Source of the DNA: Nitrospirales bacterium
GTDB taxonomy: Bacteria > Nitrospirota > Nitrospiria > Nitrospirales > UBA8639
Assembly (NCBI GenBank): GCA_963422365.1
Contig: OY729426.1
Span: 928,001 to 992,000, forward strand
Reading direction: 5' to 3'
DNA: 64,000 nucleotides
Shown: piece by piece, positions 9,857-17,833 of the stretch
How positions within the stretch are numbered: the first letter of the stretch is position 1
Layout: each line of letters begins with the position of its first letter
Made by a program: the position numbers and the translations under genes
Notes under the pieces: model-generated
Database searches by the model: none
Told to the model about the DNA's origin: nothing
What the model saw: only the letters and a program-made list of their open reading frames with translations

Positions 9857-11833
9857 CTACAGATGTGGATTGACCGGAAGAGCGAGGGTAAAGTATCGGC
9901 CCTTATCCTCGACCAGGAGGCGTTTGTCCACAAGGGTAGCGATCGCAGCATCAAGGGAGGTTGCCGAGGTGAACGCCGATGGATCGTCGGTTGAAGCCCG
10001 CCGGATTTGCTTGAGCGTTTTCGGGGCCTCATTGCAAGACTCAAGGAGAAACGAAAAGGGCCAATCAAACCGTTCGCTCGTGGGGTGAGCGGTACGGCCA
10101 TCGTAGACGGTCACGTAACTCATGGCCTTCGAATAGAACAGGAACGGGCGGTCTTGAGAGAAATATCGAGCCCGCCATTCTTGCACGAGATCGAATAACT
10201 GGTCGTAGAGGGCCGGCTCCACCTTCCAATCAATCTCATATTCGAAATCATACGCGATTTTGTTCAGGTTCACGGTCTTCGCATCATACACGTATTCGTA
10301 AGCCGCTCCCGGTCCGGTAATACGCACGCCGTATTCTTCGGGACGCATGAAATACGGGCTGAATCGTTCCAGCCACAGTTTGCCGGTGCTTTCGGGTGGT
10401 TGGAGGTGAAACAGTGAGGGAATAAGTGCGATCTGGCGTTGGTAGTCCTCGTTGGTTTCTTGTGGAAAGCCCAGAAGAATATTCCAGTTGAGATCCAAAT
10501 TGTAATAGCGGCTCCATTTCAAGCACTGAATGTTTTGGAGCGGGCTGACGCCTTTCTCCATTTCCTTGAGTTGCGCGGCGCTCAGGCTTTCAATGCCGGG
10601 CTGCATGCACGTCACCCCGCCTTGGGCAAGGGTTTGAATGTGCTGCTTGGTCAAGTTGGCTTTGGTCTCCATGAACACGTCCAGGTCATAATGACCGGCG
10701 GCGAATCGACCGAACAAATTGTCGATATATGTCAAATCGATGATGTTATCGACCAGCCGAAAGCGTGTGGTGTTATAGCGACTGGAGAGGCCATCCATTT
10801 CTTTGGCCACTTGCTCGGAAGACTTGGCGCGAAACTTCATGGCCTGCGCATTTAACCCACAAAAGGTGCAATGATGTTTTTCGCCCCACCAGCACCCGCG
10901 TGATCCTTCGTAGAGCAAAATCCGATTGAGCCCGGTAGCTCCCTGCCCTTCCAGCTCTCGAACCATTTCAAAATAATCGTCGTAATCCGGTGGCCCGACT
11001 TCGGGAAAATTAGAAAAAAGTGTCGCGTTGGGTTGGAAGTGAATCTGCCTGTCTTTGCGGTAGGCCACCCCGGCCGGGAACGCGTCTTCCTGACGGCGAA
11101 GAATGTTCTTGACCAAAACGGGAAACACGTCTTCGCCCTCGCCGACCACGACGTAATCAATCCAGGGAAACGCCCGGAAATGTTCCAAGCCCATCTCCCC
11201 GTCAAAGTTGGCTCCGCCAAAGACGATGCGAACAGAGGGATACAACTCTTTAATCAATTTGGCCAGGGTCAGGCTCGCCACGTTTTGGTCAAAGGTGGAC
11301 GTCAAACCAACGACTTTGAATTGATCCCAGTCGTACGAGGTCAACAGCTCGGTGAGAAATTGTGGCGCGATGGCGTGGGCGATCTCTTCGAGATACCCCG
11401 TGGAACATCCCGCCTCCTGAGACGTGCTTTCAAACACCGGCTTGAAGACATCGGGATACTGGGCATGCTTCGGGTTGTCTCGAAAGAGAATCGACGAGAA
11501 CAACCACTCTCCGATCATGCCACGTTTTTCGCACAACACTTCGTAGAGCGGGAGACCAATGCGCTGGGCAAAAAGCAAATTAAAGTGATAACACTTGGAC
11601 CCGATGCCATGGTTCTTCAACACCCGAGACAGCGTGCCTAGCTGAATAGAGGGGAATTTGGAATACCCGAACGGCATGGTGACCAAGGCCACCTGCGGGA
11701 CGCCGTTCGGATCGACCCAGGGTTCTTCTTCGAGCGCAGGGCCGGCTTGAGAAACCGGAAAGCCTGTCCCCGACGAGTGTCCCTGACCTGATCGGGGATC
11801 GAATCGGGGAATGGTGATGAGTGGATCAGCCAT
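9857..11833 (-). CDS. B12-binding radical SAM protein of the RiPP maturation radical SAM C-methyltransferase family
   Basis: LVTMPF..PSIQLGTL, GLTSTFDQNVASL, IVFGGAN, GEGE, atypical CX7CX2C (RGCWWGEKHHCTFCGLN), QPGIESLS, WNILLGFP, LERFSPYF. Confidence 0.88.
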   Translation of the reverse strand: MADPLITIPRFDPRSGQGHSSGTGFPVSQAGPALEEEPWVDPNGVPQVALVTMPFGYSKFPSIQLGTLSRVLKNHGIGSKCYHFNLLFAQRIGLPLYEVLCEKRGMIGEWLFSSILFRDNPKHAQYPDVFKPVFESTSQEAGCSTGYLEEIAHAIAPQFLTELLTSYDWDQFKVVGLTSTFDQNVASLTLAKLIKELYPSVRIVFGGANFDGEMGLEHFRAFPWIDYVVVGEGEDVFPVLVKNILRRQEDAFPAGVAYRKDRQIHFQPNATLFSNFPEVGPPDYDDYFEMVRELEGQGATGLNRILLYEGSRGCWWGEKHHCTFCGLNAQAMKFRAKSSEQVAKEMDGLSSRYNTTRFRLVDNIIDLTYIDNLFGRFAAGHYDLDVFMETKANLTKQHIQTLAQGGVTCMQPGIESLSAAQLKEMEKGVSPLQNIQCLKWSRYYNLDLNWNILLGFPQETNEDYQRQIALIPSLFHLQPPESTGKLWLERFSPYFMRPEEYGVRITGPGAAYEYVYDAKTVNLNKIAYDFEYEIDWKVEPALYDQLFDLVQEWRARYFSQDRPFLFYSKAMSYVTVYDGRTAHPTSERFDWPFSFLLESCNEAPKTLKQIRRASTDDPSAFTSATSLDAAIATLVDKRLLVEDKGRYFTLALPVNPHL

Positions 11834-12164
11834 TGCCGTTGAAGACGCGATCGACCTTGGCCGCGAGATAAAAATCGCTTTCCGTGAGCCCGTGAATTTT
11901 ATGCGACCAGATTTCTACTTTACACCGCCCCCACGTGAGATACAGATCGGGATGATGGCCCTCCTCCTCGGCAATCGTGCCGACGGTGTTCACAAAAGCC
12001 AGGGCGGCGGCAAAGTCGGGAAATTCGTACAGGCATTCGATATGGCCGTCGGCATTCAAGCCCCAGCCTTGGTCTAATTGGCCCAACAACTCCTGCACTT
12101 TCACCGGTTCCAGCGGCGGCACCCCGCCGCGGCACGGCACGCATTGATGATCAGCTAAACTCAT
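11826..12164 (-). CDS. phhB: Pterin-4-alpha-carbinolamine dehydratase
   Basis: CVPCRGGVPPL, AEEEGHHPDL, IWSHKIHGLTESDFYLAAK; overlaps the radical SAM start by 8 nt. Confidence 0.93.
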   Translation of the reverse strand: MSLADHQCVPCRGGVPPLEPVKVQELLGQLDQGWGLNADGHIECLYEFPDFAAALAFVNTVGTIAEEEGHHPDLYLTWGRCKVEIWSHKIHGLTESDFYLAAKVDRVFNGNG

Positions 12165-12186
12165 GAACGTCCCCTCCGGTTATCTC

Positions 12187-12231
12187 ACTCATTGGTCTCC
12201 TCTCCCATCATGGGAGAGGAGACCAATGAGT
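12187..12231. repeat. 45-bp near-perfect palindrome
   Basis: ACTCATTGGTCTCCTCTCCCAT-C-ATGGGAGAGGAGACCAATGAGT: 22-bp arms with a 1-nt centre. Confidence 0.95.
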
Positions 12232-12395
12232 ATAGTCATCAGCAAAGAATTATAGACTTCCACAATGACAAGGCACAAATCTTTGCCCGATCAATAATGC
12301 AAAAAACTTCTTGGCCTTGATCTAGGAAACTATGGCATACTTGCCAAATTCACCCTGCTGTCTGATGGAATCACCTTGGGAGAAGGAGGTGTACC

Positions 12396-12491
12396 ATGGG
12401 CCAAACCAAAGCGATCGTGAAGGATGGGATCATGACTCATCAAAAAATTCAAGATACGTCAGTCACCATTCTATTGCCATCCTGGTGGTGA
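12396..12491 (+). CDS. Possible small ORF (31 aa) or 5' remnant of a disrupted gene
   Basis: Strong SD AAGGAGGT 5 nt before ATG; MGQTKAIVKDGIMTHQKIQDTSVTILLPSWW. Confidence 0.35.
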   Translation: MGQTKAIVKDGIMTHQKIQDTSVTILLPSWW

Positions 12492-12601
12492 ATAACTTCC
12501 ATTGACGTACCAAAGGGTACACCATATGTCAGGGACAATTATGCAAAGCATCGCCATCCTTGCTGAGATGGGTGAGCGGAACATACGTGAAAGAAAACGG
12601 T

Positions 12602-12630
12602 TTGCCTCATCGCGCTCTCACAAGTAAGAT
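12602..12630 (+). promoter_or_regulatory. Putative sigma70 promoter for the glycosylation island
   Basis: TTGCCT-17 nt-TAAGAT, about 50 nt upstream of ATG 12681. Confidence 0.5.
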
Positions 12631-12680
12631 ACGGCTCTATTCTACCGGCTCCATTCGATGCCACGACACGTAGAGACAGC

Positions 12681-13869
12681 ATGTTCGCTCGAATCATAAC
12701 TACCCCCCCCCCCCCCCTCAGAAAAATCGCCTGAGCTGACGATCCTGATCCTCTGCCGCGACGAGGAGAAGTCCATCGCCCGCTGCGTCGGCGAAGCCAG
12801 AGGGTTCCTGAACAGACACGCTATCGCCGGGGAGGTCCTGGTGGTGGACAACGCCAGCCGGGACCGCTCCGCGGAATTTGCGGAAGAGGCCGGCGCCCGC
12901 GTCGTTCAGGAGTCGCGGGCAGGCTACGGCAACGCGGTCAACGCCGGCATCCGAGCCGCCCGCGGCCGGCTCATCATCCTCGGCGATGGAGACGGGGAGC
13001 ACGACCTCGGCGCGCTGGCGCCGTTCTGGGAGAAGCTGCAAGGCGGCTGCGACTTCGTGTTCGGCAACCGCTTCGCCGGCGGCATCGAGGACGGCGCGAT
13101 GTCGTTCCTGCACCGACATGTGGGCAATCCGCTACTGTCGGGCCTCGGCAGGCTGTTCTTCCGCACGCCTGTGGGCGACTTCCATTGCGGCTTGCGGGGA
13201 TTCAAAGCCGCAAGCGTCCGCGCCCTCGCGCTGCAATGTCCGGGACACGAAGCGACGAGCGAGGTGGTCGTCAAGGCAGTGCGCAAGAACATGCGCATCG
13301 CCGAGGCGCCGGTCGTGCAACGCCGCGCCTTCGACCCCGACCGTTCTTCGCATTTGCGCACCTGGCGCGACGGCTGGCGCCATTTGTGCCTGCTGCTCAT
13401 GCTCTCCCCCCGCTGGTTGTTTCTCCATCCAGGCTACGCGTTGCTGGCGGCGGGCCTGGCCGCCATGGCCGCGCCGTTTCTGATTCCCGCCGGGTTCGGC
13501 GTCTACACCATGCTGTTCGGTTCGGCGTTCATCATCTGCGGCGTTCAGTTGGCGGCGTTCCACCTGTTGGCGCACATGTTCGGCGACACCATCGGCTTCA
13601 CTGACGGACGGCTATGGAACTGGGTGCGGCAACGCCGGATTCTGGAGCCCTGCCTCGCCGCAGGCTGCGCGCTGGCCCTGGTGGGCGTGGCGGGAAGCGT
13701 CTGGAGCCTGTTCGTCTGGGCGCAGACCGGCCCTGCGGAGATCGAGACGCGCCTGGCCGTCGCCATCCCCTCCGCCGCGCTGCTGGTCGTGGGCGTGCAG
13801 ACGATGTTCTTCGGCTTCCTGCTGGCGCTGCTCGCGACACAAGGGGCCGGAGCGAGAGTCGAGTCCTGA
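12681..13869 (+). CDS. GT2 polyprenyl-phosphate glycosyltransferase (DPM/GtrB-like) with C-terminal TM helices; out of frame at the poly-C tract
   Basis: Frame-1 homology starts at about 12730 (PELTILILCRDEEKSIARCV...VLVVDNASRD, GYGNAV, LGDGDGEHD, GDFHCGLRGF, SHLRTWRDGWRHL). Frame 1 has TAA at 12697; ATG 12681 joins it only if the tract is C14 or C17. Confidence 0.85.
12703..12717 (+). repeat. C15 homopolymer in the 5' end of the GT2 gene
   Basis: 15 consecutive C between ATG 12681 and the GT2 reading frame. Confidence 0.95.
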
Positions 13870-13899
13870 TATTGTCCCGGCTTGACGGAAAGTGCCTGG
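13669..13899 (+). repeat. Homology arm R1, copy 1 (GT2 3' end plus intergenic)
   Basis: Direct repeat of 15844-16074; same length (231 bp), scattered substitutions. Confidence 0.92.
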
Positions 13900-13904
13900 C
13901 TCTG

Positions 13905-15796
13905 ATGCTCCGCTCTCTCGGGGTATATACCGCAGTCCTCATTCTGGGCACGGGTTTCTTCTTCTTTCTGCACCACATCGGTAACGGGCTTCATTACGAG
14001 CAGGCGAAGCAACGGTTCTCCGACGACATCGCAGCGAATTTACCGAATACCTACGTTGGGTACGTCTCCCGTTTCAATAGTGCATTCACATACTGTCAGA
14101 TATCGCTGGCGGTGATAGAGGAGCGTGGTGGCAGGAAAAGTCCGACGGCAATCGTCCCTTGGTGGATGCCGTGCTGCCAATAACGTTCGCGAAAGAGATA
14201 GCGCCCGATTCGAACTATTGCGCCGAGGTCGAAGCTGTATCCGGTGGCGCGGTTCTCGGTACGTACCGGTTCAAGCCTCGATATTGGTGGGGTAGCAAGG
14301 CGATCTTCGCCATCGCACTGCGCTATCTGTCCATTATCGAGTTCTACCATATCATCTCGCTCATGACCTATGGAGCCTACTTTCTGCTTGCCAGTGCTCT
14401 GTTGTTGATCGGCTGGAGGACACTGCTGGTCACTGCTCCCTTGATAGTATTCGGTGCATTCTTCTCCGGCATCCGATATTTTTTAGGTGTGGAAAACGGC
14501 ATCCCGTATCTATGGGCAGTGCTGGCGGCGACTATCCTGACTCTGCTTCTGTGGCGGCACGGATCCGCGCGGGCGGCACCGCTGTTCTGCTTCACTGCGG
14601 GGATGGTGTCGTCCTATTTGTGGCTGTTCGATGGACACAACTTCCTTGCCATCGCGCTGATTGGGCTGATTGGCTGGCTCGGACACGAGCGCCTGAACAC
14701 ACGTGACCGGGTTCGACGAGTGAGTAGTTACCTTCTGCTTTACGCTGTCGGATTTATCCTTTGCTTCGCGGCGAACCAGGTAACCAAGACGGTCGTGTAT
14801 GAACAGGCAATCGTTGGCGGGAGCAATTATTTTGGCGGGGGCGTAGCAACGCATTTATTTAGTCAAGTTCTTTACCATTTGGAACGAATTTTCTCCCCTG
14901 AAGACAGGGATTTATATGGTCGGAGCATAGTCACCTTTTGGGGACTGTCACTGTCGTCAATCAGGCCGACAGTGGGCATCGCTCTGACCGGCCTTTCCGC
15001 GCTGGCGCTACTTGGAGCAGGATTCTTCGCCAGATATCAGGCGCGGCGCGGACACCCCGAGCTTGCCCGGAACATCCTGTGGATTGTCGGCATCATGCTG
15101 CTGGCCTGTGTCAATTTCTTACAACCCAATGACCTTCCTTATCGGGTCTCGCGGATCATGTTCGTGCCCCTCGCCCTTTGCTGGTCGTGCCTTATCCTGG
15201 CCGTTATGGATGCCGCGATTCCCCGATGGATTGTTCGCATTGCGGACCGACTCCCGTGGCGCAACCGACTGCTGCAAAGTGTCAACTGGCGCCATGCGAC
15301 CTGGGCCGGTCTTTTCCTGTTTGCGACGGCACTGTATTGGCACAATCCGCCGATACTGATCCTGCCAGACCGCAACACCGACGAAGGTCGGAGCCGGGAA
15401 AGGACGTTCTTGTTGGAGGCCGATGAGATTCGTTCCTCATACCAGCAATTCATGGTCGGCGAGCCGATTATACGCGCCGACTTCGATGTGTATCACAACA
15501 AGGGCAGTCTGTTGTACGTCAAAGAGAAGTGCACCGACGCTGATGCTGCCCCGCGCTTCTCCCTGCATGTCTTTCCGGTTGACCAGGATAACTTGCCTGC
15601 ATCCCGCTGGCCATATGGCTTCGACAACCTGGACTTTTTCTTCGACGAATACGGGTTTCGGCACGACGGGCGATGCGTCGTGGGGCGCAATCTCCCCGAC
15701 TATCGAATCGCCCGCATCCGCACCAGCCAATTCACCGCTGAGGGACAGCTATGGAAGGGCGAGCACCGCTTTGGCGGGAAGGATGCAACGCCATGA
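13905..15796 (+). pseudogene. Cassette gene A: polytopic membrane protein (putative GT-C-like) with C-terminal two-Cys domain; one frameshift near 14115-14160
   Basis: ATG 13905 (MLRSLGVYTAVLILGTGFFFFLHHIGN) is in frame 3 and the protein continues in frame 2 (ORF 14159-15796: RYWWGSKAIF, many TMs, GEPIIRADFDVY...IRTSQF). Could be a sequencing error. Confidence 0.7.
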
Positions 15797-15852
15797 GGCG
15801 CTTCGGGATTGACGGGTTCACCGCACTCTTGGCGGCAATCGGGGCGCTGGCC
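15707..15852 (+). repeat. Homology arm R2, copy 1 (domain 3' end plus MRRFGIDGFTALLAAIGALA start)
   Basis: Direct repeat of 17688-17833 (offset 1981). Confidence 0.92.
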
Positions 15853-16044
15853 CTGGCGGGCGCGGCGGGAGGCGTCTGGAGCCTGTTCGTCTGGGTGCAG
15901 ACCGGCCCTGCAGCCATCGAGACGCGCCTGACCGTCACCATCCCCTCCGTCGCCATGCTGGTCGTCGGCCTCCAGACGATGTTCTCCGGCTTCCTGCTGG
16001 CGCTGCTCGCGACACAAGGAGCGGGAACGAGAGGCGAGTCCTGA
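15793..16044 (+). pseudogene. Chimeric junction ORF (N-terminus of gene C fused to C-terminus of GT2)
   Basis: MRRFGIDGFTALLAAIGALA (as at 17774) joined in frame, through the shared 9-mer GCGCTGGCC, to LAGAAGGVWSLFVWVQTGPAAIETRL...ES (GT2 tail). Confidence 0.85.
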
Positions 16045-16074
16045 CGCTGCCCCGGCTTGACGGAAAGTTCCTGG
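15844..16074 (+). repeat. Homology arm R1, copy 2
   Basis: Direct repeat of 13669-13899. Confidence 0.92.
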
Positions 16075-16076
16075 AT

Positions 16077-17777
16077 TTGTGGAGTTTGACTTTAGTGCTA
16101 CCGAGTAGAACCGCTGCCGCCCCACTGCGTTTCCCGAGCATGCATGGCGTTGATTCGCCGGCCTCCGCCGTCAGACATCTCATTGTCTGCCTGCACGTAC
16201 TCTTCTTCAGCTACCTCACAATCAACCACCCGTGGCTCTACAAAGCGCTGACCATGGAGGATTACTGGGTGGAGAACACCACCGCCGGCCTGTTTCTTCT
16301 CACAGGCCTCTTGCTGTTCGCCACGGCTTGGGCGGAGAAGGGTGTTTTCCACCGCTGCCTCTATATCCTTGGCGGCTTGGTGATGGTGTTCGTCGCGGGC
16401 GAGGAGATCAGTTGGGGGCAGCGCCTGATCGGATTTGCGACTCCGGATGCCCTGATGGACATCAATGCTCAGGAAGAGTTCAATCTTCACAATATCGACA
16501 TCAATCTATTCTATCTCATACAGCTTTACGGATCGTTGGGTCTGTGCGTTGCAGCGTGCGCCGCCTATTTCGCCAGGAAGACCGCACTGTTCGGGATTCC
16601 CCTGCCGTCCATTTGGATAGCGTTGGGCTCTCTCGTGCTGTTGTCATGTACGTGGGATCCGAGAATTGGCGAGGGCGAGGCCTATCCTGTCTTCAGGGAC
16701 AGACACTTTCTGCTGCCGATCCTCTCCATCGCGCTGCTGATTATTTTCATCTGCTCCCTCTTTCGCAGACAAGGAAAGCTGGTCGTCGCCGCTGTTGTCA
16801 CCGTGGCGACCGTTCTGACCAGTTTGTATGTGAACGCCCATCAACCCATCATTCAAGAAGGAGTCAACGAAACACGGGAATATCTGCTGGGCCTTCTCTG
16901 CCTTTTCTATTCCTGGGAACTGTTTTCGGTTCAGCCGCGGTGGAGGACAGCCTTGCCGGCTGCGCTCCCCGTTCTGGCGCTTCGGGACATTCGACTCCCC
17001 ATCTGGCATGGCACGGCTTGGCTGATCGTCGGCGGCGGCATCGCATTGGCATCCTGGCAACATTTCTTGATCAAGACAGACGCTGCCTTGATCGGTGACG
17101 GACGCGAACCAATCATTCGTTCCCGATTTGATGTTTACTCGAGCGAGCGCCGCTTGATATTCGTCAAGGAAGCGTGCCGATCCGAGGATATCGGCAGGCT
17201 GATCTTCCTGCAAATGGCCGGGGCCGGGGAGCGTGGCGCCAATCTCTACTTCGCCGTCCCACGGGCCAGATTGACGGACGATGGCCGATGCATCGTTGGC
17301 CTCAACCTTCCCTACGACATCACCCGAATCAGAACCGGCTGGCACACCCCTGAAAGAGGTATATGGAAAGAGATATGGGACAAGTGGTTCTTGTTCGATG
17401 TCGCCGATCTTAGCTCATCCTATCAGCAAGCCACGGCTGGCGAACCGATCGTCAGCTCCCACTTCGACGTATACCGCCACGAAGACAGGCTGATATACCT
17501 CAAGGAACAGTGCACGGAGACAGACACCGAGCCGCCCTTCTTTTTGCACCTCATCCCGGTTGACGCGGCCGACTTTCCCGACCACCGGCGACAATACGAT
17601 TTCGACAACATGGACTTCCACTTCGGTCCCTACGGATCTGTGGACGATGGGCGCTGCGTGGCGACGCGCCGTCTTCCCAGCTACGCCATCGCCGCCATCC
17701 GCACCGGCCAATTCACCGCTGAGGGGCAGCTATGGAAGGGCGAGCACCGTTTTGGCGTGGCGGATGTAACGCCATGA
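16077..17777 (+). CDS. Cassette gene B: GEEISWGQR-motif membrane protein with two C-terminal two-Cys domains
   Basis: EDYWVEN, FVAGEEISWGQRLIGFATP...NAQEEFNLHN, multiple TMs, two domain copies. Start uncertain (16140 possible). Confidence 0.8.
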   Translation: MWSLTLVLPSRTAAAPLRFPSMHGVDSPASAVRHLIVCLHVLFFSYLTINHPWLYKALTMEDYWVENTTAGLFLLTGLLLFATAWAEKGVFHRCLYILGGLVMVFVAGEEISWGQRLIGFATPDALMDINAQEEFNLHNIDINLFYLIQLYGSLGLCVAACAAYFARKTALFGIPLPSIWIALGSLVLLSCTWDPRIGEGEAYPVFRDRHFLLPILSIALLIIFICSLFRRQGKLVVAAVVTVATVLTSLYVNAHQPIIQEGVNETREYLLGLLCLFYSWELFSVQPRWRTALPAALPVLALRDIRLPIWHGTAWLIVGGGIALASWQHFLIKTDAALIGDGREPIIRSRFDVYSSERRLIFVKEACRSEDIGRLIFLQMAGAGERGANLYFAVPRARLTDDGRCIVGLNLPYDITRIRTGWHTPERGIWKEIWDKWFLFDVADLSSSYQQATAGEPIVSSHFDVYRHEDRLIYLKEQCTETDTEPPFFLHLIPVDAADFPDHRRQYDFDNMDFHFGPYGSVDDGRCVATRRLPSYAIAAIRTGQFTAEGQLWKGEHRFGVADVTP

Positions 17778-17833
17778 GACGCTTCGGGATTGACGGGTTC
17801 ACCGCACTCTTGGCGGCAATCGGGGCGCTGGCC
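17688..17833 (+). repeat. Homology arm R2, copy 2
   Basis: Direct repeat of 15707-15852. Confidence 0.92.

Noticed and set aside
9388..10101. 237-aa minus-strand ORF
   Set aside because: Overlaps the radical SAM gene out of frame and the plus-strand 88-aa gene; composition is not protein-like.
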